From NCBI GenBank assembly GCA_019056805.1, contig DXJG01000002.1, positions 517-32,516 of the forward strand: a stretch of 32,000 nucleotides of DNA. The letters are read 5' to 3'. This document shows, in pieces, positions 16,766 to 32,000 of the stretch. Positions within the stretch are counted from its first letter, which is position 1. Each line of letters starts with the position of its first letter. The position numbers and the translations under genes are program-made. The notes below the pieces were generated by a model. That model was given only the letters and a program-made list of their open reading frames with translations. It was not told the DNA's origin and ran no database searches. Source of the DNA: Candidatus Baldrarchaeota archaeon. Its GTDB lineage: Archaea; Asgardarchaeota; Baldrarchaeia; Baldrarchaeales; DXJG01.

Positions 16766-17017
16766 GTGGATAAAAAAAGGAAAAAAATTGATATATTCTG
16801 TCACGAGCTTGTTCCAAAGCATGAATTGTTAAGTAAGGAAGAGGCTGAGAAACTACTTAAGAAACTTAACATTTATCCTGAGCAATTACCCTGGATAAAG
16901 AAATCCGATCCTGCTGCAGTTGCTATTGGAGCAAAACCAGGAGATATTGTTAAGATTATTAGAAAAAGTCCCACAGCTGGAGAAACTGTTGTTTATAGAT
17001 ATGTTATTGATAAATAA
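16766..17017 (+). CDS. rpoH: RNA polymerase subunit H (Rpo5)
   Basis: [37 protein letters not shown] motifs. Confidence 0.97.
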   Translation: MDKKRKKIDIFCHELVPKHELLSKEEAEKLLKKLNIYPEQLPWIKKSDPAAVAIGAKPGDIVKIIRKSPTAGETVVYRYVIDK

Positions 17018-17032
17018 GCGGGGGTTAATTTA

Positions 17033-20000
17033 ATGGAGAAACTTTCAATTTATGACAGATGGATAGTTATGAAAGCGTTTTTCGAAGAAAAAGGACTAGT
17101 TAGACAACACTTGGACTCATATAACGATTTCATTGAAAGAGGTCTTCAACAAGTTGTTGATGAAGTTGGTAAAATAGAACCCGAAATTGCTGATTTTTAT
17201 GTAAAATTAGGTAAAATAGAAGTTGGAGAACCTATCATAAGAGAAGCAGATGGATCTACCAGAAAAATTTACCCTATGGAAGCTAGAGTACGTAATCTAA
17301 CTTATGCCGCGCCTATCTACCTTGAAATGACGCCAGTTTATGCTAATGGCAAAGAAGGAAAAACAGAGAAAATCTACATTGGTACGATGCCCATCATGTT
17401 AAAATCCAAAAAATGTCCCTTATCCAAGATGAGCAATGAAGAGCTTATTAAAATTGGTGAAGATCCTAAAGATCCTGGAGGATACTTTATTATCAACGGG
17501 TCAGAACGTGTTTTGGTTACTCAAGAGGATTTAGCTCCAAACCGGATTCTTGTCGAAGAAGGCACCAGTGGTAGTGCTGCAACTCATGTTGCCAAGGTAT
17601 TTTCAACAGCAAAAGGGTTTAGAGCCCCTGTTACGTTAGAAAGACGAAGAGACGGGTCCCTAAGAGTTTCCTTCCCGTATGTTCCTGGCAAGATTCCGCT
17701 TGCAATACTCATGAGGGCTTTGGGTTTAGTCACTGATAAGCAAATCTCTAGTGCTGTCTCTGAAGATCCAGAAATTTTAAGGGAATTAATTCCTACACTT
17801 GAAGAGGCAGCTCCACTTTATGTAGTTAATGATCCCGAAAAGACTATTGAAAATGCGCTTGATTATATTGGTAAACGAGTTGCAGTTGGACAGAAACGTG
17901 AGTACAGAATTACTCGTGCTCAACAAGTGTTAGATAGATATCTTTTACCGCATATTGGTACAAATCCTGAAGATCGTATAAAAAAGGCCTATTATTTAGG
18001 TCAGATGGCTCAAAAATTGCTTGAATTGGTTTTAGATAGAAGAAAGCCAGATGATAAGGATCATTATGCAAATAAAAGGCTGAAACTTGCCGGTGATTTA
18101 CTTACTAGTCAATTTAGAGTCGCATTCCACAATTTATGTAGGGATATAAAATATCAACTTGAAAGAACAACTGTAAGAGGTAGAAAACCTCATATTAGAA
18201 CTGCTGTTCGTGCTGACGTTATTACTGAGCGATTAAGACATGCACTAGCTACTGGTAACTGGACTGGTGGTAAGGCTGGCGTAAGTCAATTATTAGACCG
18301 AACAAATTATATGTCAGCCCTAAGTCATCTTAGACGCGTCGTCTCTCCGCTTAGTAGAAGTCAGCCGCACTTTGAAGCTCGAGATCTTCACCCTACACAT
18401 TGGGGTAAAATATGTCCAAATGAGACCCCTGAAGGACCAAACTGTGGTTTAGTAAAGAATCTTGCCTTGATGGCTCACATTTCTGTCGGTGTTGATGAAA
18501 ACACCATAGAACGTTTGCTCTATGACCTTGGAGTTCAACCCATTGAAGAAGTTAGAGGTAACCCTCGACAGAGAGGAGCCCGTGTCTTTCTTAATGGAAA
18601 ACTTTTAGGAATTCATGTACAACCGGAAATATTTGTGACAAAACTTCGTCAAATGCGTAGAAGGGGAGAAGTTAGCTCTGAAGTTAATGTTGCTTACTAT
18701 TCTGATGTAAATGAAGTACAAGTGAATTGTGATGCAGGACGTGTTAGGAGACCTCTAATAATTGTTGAAGGAGGAAAACCAAAACTTACAATTGAACACA
18801 TCGAAAAACTAAGAAATAAAGAATGGACGTTTAGTGATTTAGTCAAAAGAGGGATAGTTGAGTATTTAGACGCTGAAGAGGAAGAAAACGCTTTCATAGC
18901 ATTAAATCCAGAGGATTTAACCCCTGAACATACTCATTTAGAAATAGAGCCATCAACTATCTTAGGGATAACAGCGAGTTTAATACCATATGCCGAGCAC
19001 AATCAGTCACCAAGAAATTCTTATGAAGCGGGCATGGCAAAACAAGCTCTTGGACTTTATTCAGCTAATTTTAGACAAAGAGTTGATACAAGATCACATG
19101 TTCTCCATTATCCGCAAATACCTGTTGTAAAAACAAGAGCGATGGACGTAATAGGATTTGATGAACGTCCCGCTGGACAAAACTTCATTGTTGCTATTTT
19201 ATCGTATGAAGGATACAATATTGAAGATGCCCTAATAATCAACAAGGCATCAATCGAAAGAGGTTTAGCTAGATCTACGTTCTTTAGATGCTACGAAGCT
19301 GAAGAAAGAAAATACCCTGGAGGACAAGAAGATAGGTTTGAAATACCGGATAAAAACGTTAGAGGATATCGAGCTGTAGAATATTACAGCAACTTGGCTG
19401 ATGACGGTATCATTGAACCTGAAATTGAAGTAAAGGGCGGAGATGTTCTCATAGGTAGGACAAGCCCTCCAAGATTCCTTGAAGAATATGCTGAACTTGA
19501 GGTAACAACACAAATTAGACGTGAAACTTCCGTAAGTACGCGACACGGAGAAAAAGGCATCGTAGACACAGTAATATTAACTGAAACTTCCGATGGAAGC
19601 AGACTTGTCAAAGTTAAAGTTCGAGATGAAAGAATTCCGGAGCTGGGCGATAAATTTGCATCGAGACATGGACAAAAAGGAGTAATAGGCCTCATAGTTC
19701 CGCAAGAAGATATGCCTTTCACCGAAGATGGTATTGTTCCCGACTTAATAATTAATCCACATGCTATACCATCACGTATGACATTAGGACAACTTATAGA
19801 ATCTATTGCTGGAAAAGTTGGAGCTCTTTCAGGTAGGAGAGTTGACGGCACACCATTTTCAGGAGAAAAACCTGAAGATCTTGCACAAGAACTCAAGAAA
19901 TATGGCTTCAAGTACAATGGTAGAGAAGTTATGTATGATGGTATAACCGGAAGAAAATATGAAGTAGATATTTTCATTGGTGTGGTTTATTATCAAAAGC

Positions 20001-20383
20001 TTCACCATATGGTAGCTGATAAAATCCACGCAAGAGCGCGAGGACCAGTTCAAATACTTACAAGACAGCCTACTGAGGGAAGATCAAGAGAAGGCGGTTT
20101 AAGGTTTGGTGAAATGGAAAGAGATTGTTTAATAGGACATGGTGCAGCTATGTTACTCAAAGACAGGCTTTTAGAGGGCTCAGATAAAACTGACATTATT
20201 ATTTGTGAAAAGTGTGGTTTCCTTGCATACTACGATAGAAATAGAGATAGATATTATTGTCACATTCACGGCGAAGATGGAACGTTTTCAAGAGTTTCCG
20301 TTTCATATGCATTTAAACTCCTTCTTCAAGAATTAATGTCTCTTTGTATATCACCAAAATTAATCCTCGAGGAAAAAGCATAA
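17033..20383 (+). CDS. rpoB: RNA polymerase subunit B (Rpo2), unsplit
   Basis: [43 protein letters not shown] motifs; 1116 aa, no intein. Confidence 0.99.
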   Translation: MEKLSIYDRWIVMKAFFEEKGLVRQHLDSYNDFIERGLQQVVDEVGKIEPEIADFYVKLGKIEVGEPIIREADGSTRKIYPMEARVRNLTYAAPIYLEMTPVYANGKEGKTEKIYIGTMPIMLKSKKCPLSKMSNEELIKIGEDPKDPGGYFIINGSERVLVTQEDLAPNRILVEEGTSGSAATHVAKVFSTAKGFRAPVTLERRRDGSLRVSFPYVPGKIPLAILMRALGLVTDKQISSAVSEDPEILRELIPTLEEAAPLYVVNDPEKTIENALDYIGKRVAVGQKREYRITRAQQVLDRYLLPHIGTNPEDRIKKAYYLGQMAQKLLELVLDRRKPDDKDHYANKRLKLAGDLLTSQFRVAFHNLCRDIKYQLERTTVRGRKPHIRTAVRADVITERLRHALATGNWTGGKAGVSQLLDRTNYMSALSHLRRVVSPLSRSQPHFEARDLHPTHWGKICPNETPEGPNCGLVKNLALMAHISVGVDENTIERLLYDLGVQPIEEVRGNPRQRGARVFLNGKLLGIHVQPEIFVTKLRQMRRRGEVSSEVNVAYYSDVNEVQVNCDAGRVRRPLIIVEGGKPKLTIEHIEKLRNKEWTFSDLVKRGIVEYLDAEEEENAFIALNPEDLTPEHTHLEIEPSTILGITASLIPYAEHNQSPRNSYEAGMAKQALGLYSANFRQRVDTRSHVLHYPQIPVVKTRAMDVIGFDERPAGQNFIVAILSYEGYNIEDALIINKASIERGLARSTFFRCYEAEERKYPGGQEDRFEIPDKNVRGYRAVEYYSNLADDGIIEPEIEVKGGDVLIGRTSPPRFLEEYAELEVTTQIRRETSVSTRHGEKGIVDTVILTETSDGSRLVKVKVRDERIPELGDKFASRHGQKGVIGLIVPQEDMPFTEDGIVPDLIINPHAIPSRMTLGQLIESIAGKVGALSGRRVDGTPFSGEKPEDLAQELKKYGFKYNGREVMYDGITGRKYEVDIFIGVVYYQKLHHMVADKIHARARGPVQILTRQPTEGRSREGGLRFGEMERDCLIGHGAAMLLKDRLLEGSDKTDIIICEKCGFLAYYDRNRDRYYCHIHGEDGTFSRVSVSYAFKLLLQELMSLCISPKLILEEKA

Positions 20384-20396
20384 TGGAGGAAAACAA

Positions 20397-24549
<4,153 letters not shown>

Positions 24550-24563
<14 letters not shown>

Positions 24564-24990
24564 GGTGAAACTAACAACAGATGAAATCCAATATATTACC
24601 TTTTTCGAAGGATTAACAGGCGCCGTAGCTAAAGATTGCATAATAGACGAAAATGCTGATAGAATAATTTTTCTTGTTAAAACAGGTGATCTAGGACTGG
24701 CTATAGGAAAACGAGGGACAAATGTTAAAAAAATAAGAAAACTTCTCGGGAAACCTGTGGATATTGTAGAATATGCCGACACACCAGAGGAAATGATAAA
24801 AAATGCATTAATGCCGGCCAAGGTTAAGTCTGTACACATAACTGAACGAAGAGACGGTAAGAAAGTTGCCATAGTGACTGTGGATCCCAAAGATAGAGGA
24901 ATAGCTATAGGTAAAAACGGAAAAAACGTTGCAAAAGCGAGGATCCTGGTGCAGAGACACTTTAATATTGATGATGTTATTATCAGTTAG
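24550..24990 (+). CDS. nusA: Archaeal NusA
   Basis: Two KH motifs (AIGKRG.NV, AIGKNGKNV); conserved position. Confidence 0.95.
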
Positions 24991-25012
24991 ACCCAGCGAC
25001 ACGGTTTTTGAC

Positions 25013-25029
25013 GAGAAAAACTTTAAATA
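25013..25029 (+). promoter_or_regulatory. BRE/TATA promoter of rps12
   Basis: GAGAAAAA-C-TTTAAATA; nearly the same motif precedes rpl3. Confidence 0.6.
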
Positions 25030-25096
25030 AGGAGTACATAATCTAAGCTTCGCAACATTCTCATCAAAATATTATGTGATATAGAGGTAGAATTAA

Positions 25097-25540
25097 ATGA
25101 CGGGACTAAAGGCTCCAAGAGGAGAATTCGCAGCAAGAAAGTTAAAGATGAAAAGACAGAAACTCAGGTGGAAAAGCTGGGAATATAAAAGGAGAATGTT
25201 AGGTCTAAGAGTAAAAGCTGATCCACTAGAGGGAGCTCCGCAAGCCAGAGGAATAGTACTGGAAAAGGTTGGCATTGAAGCAAGACAACCTCATAGCGCA
25301 ATTAGAAAATGTGTTAGAGTCCAGTTAATTAAAAACGGAAAACAAGTTACAGCCTTTGTACCCGGTGATGGAGGCCTATTATTCATTGAAGAACACGATG
25401 AAGTAATCATAGAAGGAATAGGCGGAAGAAAGGGAAGAAGTTATGGCGATCTCCCAGGAGTAAGATGGAAAGTAGTAAAAGTTAATGGAGTTTCACTTAA
25501 AGCACTTTTAGAGGGTAAAAAGGAAAAACCACTGCGTTAA
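25097..25540 (+). CDS. rps12: 30S ribosomal protein S12 (uS12)
   Basis: [34 protein letters not shown] motifs. Confidence 0.98.
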   Translation: MTGLKAPRGEFAARKLKMKRQKLRWKSWEYKRRMLGLRVKADPLEGAPQARGIVLEKVGIEARQPHSAIRKCVRVQLIKNGKQVTAFVPGDGGLLFIEEHDEVIIEGIGGRKGRSYGDLPGVRWKVVKVNGVSLKALLEGKKEKPLR

Positions 25541-25734
25541 TCAAAATATATTATGAAAGATATTAACTTCCAAATAGGTTTCTGAAAAAATCGACATTAT
25601 TTAATACATTAAAAATTATGTTGAAAGACTTTAGATAGGTTTATATAATTACCCAACTATCTTCCAAAAATAACATCTCAAAAACAATAATATTAAAAAT
25701 TTCAAGAATAACTCTCTTTAGGAGGGAAGTACAT

Positions 25735-27030
25735 ATGTCCGAAAAACCACACTTAAACCTAGTAATAATTGGCCACGTAGACCATGGAAAGTCAACCCTA
25801 ATGGGGCACCTCTTATACCTTGCAGGAGCTATAGATGAAAGAACACTCAAAAAATACGAGGAAGAGGCAAAGAAAATCGGAAAAGAGAGCTTCAAATTTG
25901 CATGGGTCCTAGACAAACTGAAAGAAGAAAGAGAAAGAGGCCTGACAATAGACTTAGCTTTCTGGAAATTTGAAACTGACAAGTATTACTTCACAATAAT
26001 CGATGCTCCAGGTCACAGAGACTTTATAAAAAACATGATTACAGGTGCTAGTCAAGCAGATGCAGCAATACTTGTTGTATCAGCTAAAAAAGGAGAATTT
26101 GAAGCAGGAATAGGTCCAGGAGGCCAAACAAGAGAACATGCATACCTAGCATTTACTTTGGGCGTTAACCAGATAGTAGTAGCTGTAAACAAGATGGATG
26201 ACCCCTCGGTAAATTGGGGCCAGGAAAGATACCAAGAAATAAAGAATGAAGTATCCCAATTACTAAAAGAAATAGGATATAAGGTAGACAAAATACACTT
26301 TGTTCCAGTATCAGCTTGGACCGGTGATAATCTGGTAAAGAAAAGCGAAAAAATGCCATGGTACGACGGACCAACCCTTATGGAAGCTCTAAACATGTTC
26401 GAAATACCACCAAAACCAATTGACAAACCCTTAAGAATTCCAATACAAGACGTCTACAGCATTACTGGTGTAGGTACGGTGCCAGTTGGAAGAGTAGAAA
26501 CCGGAGTACTAAAAGTTGGTGATACAGTGATTTTCGAACCAGCAGGAGTAAAAGGAGAGGTCAAAAGCATTGAAATGCATCACGAACCACTCCAAGAAGC
26601 TGTACCAGGCGATAACATAGGATTTAACGTTAAAGGTGTATCAAAGAAAGATATTCGCAGAGGTGACGTTGCAGGACACCCAGACAAACCACCGACGGTG
26701 GTAAAAGAATTTATTGGACAAGTTATAGTAATTTGGCATCCAACATCTATCGCACCAGGATACACACCGGTATTACACGCCCATACAGCTCATATTGCCA
26801 CTAGATTCGCTGAACTATTAACAAAAATCGACCGAAGAACTGGTCAGGTCGTTGAAGAAAAACCAGCATATCTGAAAAGAGGCGATGCTGCCCTTGTAAA
26901 ATTTGTACCAACAAGACCTTTCGTAATAGAAAAATATGCTGAAATACCACAACTTGGAAGATTTGCAATTAGGGATATGGGTAAAACAGTAGCCGTTGGA
27001 ATCGTAAAAGAAGTAACACCAGCAAAATAA
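25735..27030 (+). CDS. tuf: Elongation factor 1-alpha
   Basis: [21 protein letters not shown] motifs; [16 protein letters not shown] insert. Confidence 0.99.
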   Translation: MSEKPHLNLVIIGHVDHGKSTLMGHLLYLAGAIDERTLKKYEEEAKKIGKESFKFAWVLDKLKEERERGLTIDLAFWKFETDKYYFTIIDAPGHRDFIKNMITGASQADAAILVVSAKKGEFEAGIGPGGQTREHAYLAFTLGVNQIVVAVNKMDDPSVNWGQERYQEIKNEVSQLLKEIGYKVDKIHFVPVSAWTGDNLVKKSEKMPWYDGPTLMEALNMFEIPPKPIDKPLRIPIQDVYSITGVGTVPVGRVETGVLKVGDTVIFEPAGVKGEVKSIEMHHEPLQEAVPGDNIGFNVKGVSKKDIRRGDVAGHPDKPPTVVKEFIGQVIVIWHPTSIAPGYTPVLHAHTAHIATRFAELLTKIDRRTGQVVEEKPAYLKRGDAALVKFVPTRPFVIEKYAEIPQLGRFAIRDMGKTVAVGIVKEVTPAK

Positions 27031-27061
27031 CCTCCCATCTTTTTCTCTAGGTGAAAACAAA

Positions 27062-27367
27062 ATGCAAAAAGCAAAAATAAGACTCACATCGACTAGTGCC
27101 AAACAAATCGAAGAAATATGTCAACAGATAAAAAATATAGCACAAAGAACGGGGGTACATATTTCAGGACCAATGCCACTACCAACGAAAAAATTGAAAG
27201 TTCCAGTGCGAAAATCACCATGCGGTGAAGGAACCGCAACATGGGAACATTATATATTAAAACTACACAAACGACTGGTTATTATCGATGCAGACGAGCG
27301 CACGTTACGTCAAATAATGCGAATAAGAATTCCACCAGAAGTATTTGTTGAATTAGAAGTAACATGA
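27062..27367 (+). CDS. rps10: 30S ribosomal protein S10 (uS10)
   Basis: [27 protein letters not shown] motifs. Confidence 0.98.
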   Translation: MQKAKIRLTSTSAKQIEEICQQIKNIAQRTGVHISGPMPLPTKKLKVPVRKSPCGEGTATWEHYILKLHKRLVIIDADERTLRQIMRIRIPPEVFVELEVT

Positions 27368-27551
27368 AATATAAATTCATACTTGTTTTTCAATCCCAAA
27401 TCTAATTTAACTAAAATATATAATTCAGTGCTGATGTCAATTTTATTTTTATGATTATTTAAGTTTAAAAATAAAAACATTAAAATGAATGCAAGAGAAG
27501 ATTTATTTTAAGTAGTTTATAACCATTATTTTACCCTATACCAGTTATCCT

Positions 27552-27682
27552 GCCGGGGTAGCCAAGTGGACTACAGGTTTCATTCCGGTCAAGGCGCGGG
27601 CCTTGAGTTCCGCAAACAAGGGCCACAGGACAGCCCGTGGCCCTTACGGGCCGCGTGGGTTCGAATCCCACCCCCGGCGCCA
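27552..27682 (+). tRNA. tRNA-Ser(UGA) with two introns: D-arm (best BHB fit 22/23, 27575-27592) and 37/38 (27608-27631)
   Basis: GCCGGGG/CCCCGGC acceptor, CGGGC-CT-TGA-G/A-GCCCG, long variable arm GGCCC-TTAC-GGGCC; the D-arm boundary is ambiguous (a 15/16 reading gives a plausible D-loop but a poor BHB). Confidence 0.9.
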
Positions 27683-27766
27683 TTTAAATTTATATAGAAG
27701 GCATAAAAACTAGTTTGATTGAATGCAGTATATGCTAGTGATAAACTAGATTTGTAGGTGAATCTA

Positions 27767-28207
27767 ATGACAGGTGGATTTAGATTTTTGGAACATACTG
27801 CGGATGTTTACGTTGAATCATGGGGGGAAACCTTGGAGGAAGCATTTGAATGGGCAGCAGTCGGCATGTTTGAAGTTATGACAGACTTAAAGAAAGTGGA
27901 AGCAAAAGAAAAATATGAAATTTCCGTAAAAGGTGAAGATCTTTATGCACTATTATATGAATGGCTTGAAGAACTACTTTTTATTTTTGGTTCCCAGGGG
28001 ATGGTCTTCTCCAAGTTTAAAGTGCATAAAATAATGAAAAAAGAAAGCAACGGACATATGTTATCTGGTGAGGCGTGGGGAGAATTATTCAATATTGAGA
28101 AACATACCCAAAAAACGGAAGTAAAGGCTATAACATATTCTCTGATGGAAATAACAAAAAATAAGGACACAGAACAGTGGGTTGTTCGTTTTGTGCTCGA
28201 TATTTAG
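27767..28207 (+). CDS. Archease (RtcB tRNA ligase cofactor)
   Basis: FLEHTADV, LYEWLEELL, EVKAITY, C-terminal LDI; AGGTGA SD before ATG 27767. Confidence 0.93.
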   Translation: MTGGFRFLEHTADVYVESWGETLEEAFEWAAVGMFEVMTDLKKVEAKEKYEISVKGEDLYALLYEWLEELLFIFGSQGMVFSKFKVHKIMKKESNGHMLSGEAWGELFNIEKHTQKTEVKAITYSLMEITKNKDTEQWVVRFVLDI

Positions 28208-28217
28208 ACTTATATAG

Positions 28218-28691
28218 CTATCTAAATCTTAAGGTAATCTGGTCTATTAACAACCTTGGTGTTATGTTTTTTCCCTTTCTTGGAAGCTTGACAAACCCAG
28301 CTTTTTGCAGAATGATAAGATCCTGGTAAACATTCTTTATATTTCTGTTTAAATATCTGGCAAGATCAGATATAGATTCAAATTCTTCTCTTCCTAGAAC
28401 TATAAGTATTTTTAGCCGTTCTTTTGTCAATATTTTCTTTAAAAAATCTATATTTTCTTCTTTTACTTCTTCTAGTACATAATCTAATTCTTCACCTTCT
28501 TCGTAGGCCTTATATGCATGCAACAGTCTTCTCCATTCCAAGTATTCTAAAACTTCTCTGATCGATGCTATACCTTTACTCATTTTCCATCCAAGGACCT
28601 CTATGCTCTTATATTTTTTCTCGTAAGTTTTTATTCTCATAAAAACCTCATTGGGTTCCAATCTTCTAAGGTATATAACGTTTATTTTCAC
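28218..28691 (-). CDS. Predicted winged-HTH regulator / antitoxin-like protein
   Basis: LT.ERL.IL..L......SISDLARYLNRN.KNVYQDL..L...GFV HTH signature; N-terminal YEKKY...EW helical region. Confidence 0.7.
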   Translation of the reverse strand: MKINVIYLRRLEPNEVFMRIKTYEKKYKSIEVLGWKMSKGIASIREVLEYLEWRRLLHAYKAYEEGEELDYVLEEVKEENIDFLKKILTKERLKILIVLGREEFESISDLARYLNRNIKNVYQDLIILQKAGFVKLPRKGKNITPRLLIDQITLRFR

Positions 28692-28793
28692 TTAAAATCA
28701 CCTAAAATGGAATATGTAGACTTCTTATGCTACATAACTATTTCAAGAGAATAGGAAAATAATTTCTATTTAAAATATAATTATTAGGATGAG

Positions 28794-29705
28794 GTGTTTA
28801 TATTGGAATTTCCTCCATTAAGAATAAAGCCTTTCATTTCAATGTTTATTCCAAATTCGATTCTTGATGAGGTCCCAGATCCGAGACAGAAAGCTATTAA
28901 AATTGGAACGATAGGTAGAGCTGCAGCTATATATCGTGTTGAAGAAATAATCATATATCCTGATACAAAAAAGCCAGGATGGAAAAGAAAATCAAAATAC
29001 ATAGAAACAATGTTAAAATATCTAGATACACCGCAATATCTTAGGAAAAGAATTTTCAAACTTTCAAAGGAGCTTAAATATGTCGGTATACTCCCACCTT
29101 TAGCGACTCCTCATCACTCTCTTAAACGGAAAATTACTGAACTAAGTAATGGAGAAATTAGAGAAGGATATGTGATTAAAGTTTCAAAGGGGAAAGCACT
29201 CATTGATATAGGTACAGATCAACCACTTTTGGTTGATCTAAAAAACAAAAAGCTATCCAAAGGAAACAGGATTACCGTAAAAATTATCAAAAAAGATAGT
29301 GAAATTTTAGGTAGACCCGTTTCGAAAGAGAAAATAAATATTTACTGGGGTTTTAAAGTAAGAGCCCTTAAACCCTTACTTGGAGAGTTTCTAAAAAAGC
29401 ATCACTACGACCTAGTGATTGCTACATCTCGCTATGGAAAATTAATATCAGATGTTTATAAAGACCTCATTAGAGACTTCGCTCATGTTGAAACGGTTGC
29501 ACTACTTTTTGGTTCCCCACGAGAAGGTTTATATGAAATTTTGAGGAAAGAATCGATAAAACTTTCAGACATAGCAGATTACGTTATTAATATGGTTCCT
29601 GCTCAAGGTGTACGCACAGTAAGAACTGAGGAGGCAATACATGCGTCGCTATCGATCATAAATTTCTTACAGTTTCTAGCGTCTTCGAAACGGGAAATAT
29701 ATTAA
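28794..29705 (+). CDS. SPOUT-family RNA methyltransferase (COG2106/DUF171-type)
   Basis: IGRAAAIYRV, TPQYLRK, G.LPPL.TPHH, FGSPREG, VRTVRTEEA motifs; usual position before rpl3; exact start uncertain. Confidence 0.9.
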   Translation: MFILEFPPLRIKPFISMFIPNSILDEVPDPRQKAIKIGTIGRAAAIYRVEEIIIYPDTKKPGWKRKSKYIETMLKYLDTPQYLRKRIFKLSKELKYVGILPPLATPHHSLKRKITELSNGEIREGYVIKVSKGKALIDIGTDQPLLVDLKNKKLSKGNRITVKIIKKDSEILGRPVSKEKINIYWGFKVRALKPLLGEFLKKHHYDLVIATSRYGKLISDVYKDLIRDFAHVETVALLFGSPREGLYEILRKESIKLSDIADYVINMVPAQGVRTVRTEEAIHASLSIINFLQFLASSKREIY

Positions 29706-29737
29706 ATACTATGTGAAATTCTTATTTAATCATAAAA

Positions 29738-29753
29738 GAGAAAAGTTTAAATT
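29738..29753 (+). promoter_or_regulatory. BRE/TATA promoter of rpl3 operon
   Basis: GAGAAAA-G-TTTAAATT about 90 nt upstream of the rpl3 ATG. Confidence 0.6.
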
Positions 29754-29843
29754 TCATGCCAATGTGAGATAGGTAGCTTTTTAAGTCTTTGAAGATAATT
29801 TCATCGTTCCATCTGGAATTTTAATAATAAAGGAGGATAAACT

Positions 29844-30857
29844 ATGGGTCATCGAAAAAAGCATGCGCCCAAGAGAGGCTCGTTAATGTATTTACCACGT
29901 AAAAGAGCGGCAAGACCAATTGGTAGAATTCGTCATTGGCCTGATTATCTAGAAAAACCAACACTCTTGGGTTTTGCTGGATATAAAGCAGGAATGACTC
30001 ATGTGGTTATTGTAGAAAATAATCCTAATAGTCCATTCTACGGACATGAGTTAGTTAAACCTGTAACGGTAATTGATGCTCCCCCATTAGTGGCATGTGC
30101 AGTTAGAGCTTATGAACAAACTCCCTATGGTCTTAGATCAATAGGAGAAGCTTGGGTGAGTGATTTAAATAAGGATTTGAGCCGAGTGTTTCCAATTCCA
30201 AAAAACTATGATACTGATAAGGCATTTAAAAAATTAGAAGAGGAAATGAATAGAATAGTTGAGTTGAGGCTTATAGTTCACACCCAGCCAAGAATGGCAT
30301 CAGGTGTACCGAAAAAGAAGCCTGAAGTTATGGAATACAAAATATCTGGAGGAACTATAGAAGAACAGTTTGAATATGCAAAAAACCTTCTAGGAAATGA
30401 AATAAAAGTCAAGGATGTTCTTAAAGAAGGAAGTTTCGTAGACGTCATAGCTATAACTAAAGGCAAGGGATTTCAAGGTGTTATAGCAAGATGGGGAGTT
30501 AGAAGAAAACAGCATAAATCAAGAAAAACCGTTAGAGAGGTTGCAGCAATAGGTGCTTGGCATCCTGCAAGAGTCCGGTACACCGTACCTCGAGCTGGAC
30601 AAATGGGCTATCATCAAAGAACGGAATATAATAAATTAGTGTTAAAAATAGGAGAAAACGGTCAGGAAGTAACTCCACTAGGAGGATTTCCACGATACGG
30701 TATAGTACGAGGCGATTATGTAATGCTCTTAGGATCTTGCCCTGGAACAGTAAAACGTTTAGTTAGACTTCGACACGCAATTCGCCCGCCTAAAGAAGTT
30801 ACTGCGGAGGCTCCGAAAGTGCTGTATATTAGCACTTCATCTAAACAAGGTAAATAG
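29844..30857 (+). CDS. rpl3: 50S ribosomal protein L3
   Basis: HAPKRGSL, GYKAGMTH, TKGKGFQG, RAGQMGYHQRTE motifs. Confidence 0.98.
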   Translation: MGHRKKHAPKRGSLMYLPRKRAARPIGRIRHWPDYLEKPTLLGFAGYKAGMTHVVIVENNPNSPFYGHELVKPVTVIDAPPLVACAVRAYEQTPYGLRSIGEAWVSDLNKDLSRVFPIPKNYDTDKAFKKLEEEMNRIVELRLIVHTQPRMASGVPKKKPEVMEYKISGGTIEEQFEYAKNLLGNEIKVKDVLKEGSFVDVIAITKGKGFQGVIARWGVRRKQHKSRKTVREVAAIGAWHPARVRYTVPRAGQMGYHQRTEYNKLVLKIGENGQEVTPLGGFPRYGIVRGDYVMLLGSCPGTVKRLVRLRHAIRPPKEVTAEAPKVLYISTSSKQGK

Positions 30858-30867
30858 TGGGGGGTAG

Positions 30868-31650
30868 TTGATGAAGGTTCACGTTTACGACTTGGAAGCT
30901 AAACCAGTAGAAGAAATAGCATTACCGCGTGTATTTACAACTCCGTTCAGACCAGATCTTATAAGACGAGCAGTAATATCCTCTATTTCGATGCGTATAC
31001 AGCCCTACGGAGTTGATAAAATGGCTGGCAAACGTACAACAGCGGAATCATGGGGACCCGGATACGGTGTAGCCAGAGTTCCGAGAATTAAGGGAAGACA
31101 TTACCCTGCGGCAGCACGCGCAGCTCTTGCTCCCATGACAGTTGGAGGTAGGAGGACTCATCCTCCAGTCCCAGAAAAGAAAATTAAAGAAAAAATAAAC
31201 AAAAAAGAAAAAAGACTAGCATTATTTTCAGCTATAGCTGCAACCGCGATTCCAGAAATAGTTAAAGCACGCGGCCACATTATTGATCAAATACCCGAAC
31301 TTCCACTAATCGTATCGGATGAACTTCAAAAACTCCAAGAAACAAAAGAAACAAGAGAAGTATTTATTAAATTAGGGATTTGGCCAGACATTATTAGAGC
31401 TAAGAACAGAAAAAGAATAAGAGCAGGAAAAGGAAAAATGCGTGGAAGAAAATATAAAAAAGCCAAGGGCCCATTAATTGTTATAAGTGAAGATGAAGGT
31501 ATTTTAAAAGCCGCCAGAAATCATCCAGGTGTTGATATTATTCGTGTAGACTTACTTAACGTAGAACTCTTAGCACCAGGAGCTCATCCCGGCCGATTAA
31601 CCATATGGACAAAATCTGCAATTGAACAACTAAACAACCTTCGACTATAG
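30868..31650 (+). CDS. rpl4: 50S ribosomal protein L4
   Basis: [36 protein letters not shown] motifs; start TTG 30868 or ATG 30871. Confidence 0.98.
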   Translation: MMKVHVYDLEAKPVEEIALPRVFTTPFRPDLIRRAVISSISMRIQPYGVDKMAGKRTTAESWGPGYGVARVPRIKGRHYPAAARAALAPMTVGGRRTHPPVPEKKIKEKINKKEKRLALFSAIAATAIPEIVKARGHIIDQIPELPLIVSDELQKLQETKETREVFIKLGIWPDIIRAKNRKRIRAGKGKMRGRKYKKAKGPLIVISEDEGILKAARNHPGVDIIRVDLLNVELLAPGAHPGRLTIWTKSAIEQLNNLRL

Positions 31651-31661
31651 GAGGTTTATTT

Positions 31662-31928
31662 ATGGAATTTGATCCACACAAAGTAATTATAGCTCCAGTA
31701 GTTACCGAAGCAGCATTGGAACTCGTAGAAAATGAAAACAAACTTACATTCATAGTTGACCGAAGGGCCAACAAAATAACTATCAAGAGAGCAGTTGAAG
31801 AACTCTTTAAGGTTAAAGTAGAGAAAGTAAATACATTAATAACACCTGATGGTCGTAAGAAAGCATATGTTAAATTAAGTCCTGAGTACAGTGCAGCTGA
31901 TATTGCAACCAAACTTGGTATTTTCTAA
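31662..31928 (+). CDS. rpl23: 50S ribosomal protein L23
   Basis: TE.A...[26 protein letters not shown] motifs. Confidence 0.97.
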   Translation: MEFDPHKVIIAPVVTEAALELVENENKLTFIVDRRANKITIKRAVEELFKVKVEKVNTLITPDGRKKAYVKLSPEYSAADIATKLGIF

Positions 31929-31944
31929 TTGGAGGTAATTAAAC

Positions 31945-32000
31945 ATGGGTAAAAGAATTCTTGTTCAAAGAAGAGGACGTGGAAGCCCTACATTTAGGGC
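31945..32000 (+). CDS. rpl2: 50S ribosomal protein L2 (5' fragment, runs off window)
   Basis: MGKRILVQRRGRGSPTFR after GGAGGT SD; position after rpl23. Confidence 0.93.
   Translation, partial: MGKRILVQRRGRGSPTFR

Noticed and set aside
16525-16773. 82-aa hydrophobic ORF upstream of rpoH
   Set aside because: Hydrophobicity follows from the local G/T skew; starts 5 nt after the tRNA with no SD; overlaps the rpoH start region

Overview
AT-rich archaeal core-genome window. The EF-1alpha GEFEAG..GGQTREH insert, unsplit RpoB and split RpoA1/A2 indicate a TACK/Asgard-type archaeon; EF-1alpha looks Bathyarchaeia-like by eye, unverified. It holds about 30 CDS: dipeptide epimerase, pgk, an mce-acyl-CoA dehydrogenase-etfBA operon convergent on a methylmalonyl-CoA mutase, rpiA, a PINA-type ATPase, a non-catalytic tRNA splicing endonuclease subunit, hycI, mtnA, rpoH-B-A1-A2-rpl30e-nusA, rps12, tuf-rps10, archease, a SPOUT methyltransferase and rpl3-4-23-2. 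All 8 tRNA genes are interrupted, with 14 BHB-type introns of which 10 sit at non-canonical positions; tRNA-Met has three. The most unusual signals are (1) sharp kb-scale A/C-to-G/T strand-skew inversions centred on tRNA loci (about 3.6, 9.9 and 16.5 kb) that ignore gene orientation and look like repeated replication-origin signatures, with no ORB or cdc6 seen; (2) the intron-saturated tRNA set; and (3) an acyl-CoA dehydrogenase lacking both canonical catalytic glutamates. No CRISPR array, transposase or integrase was seen. All counts and alignments were done by hand.
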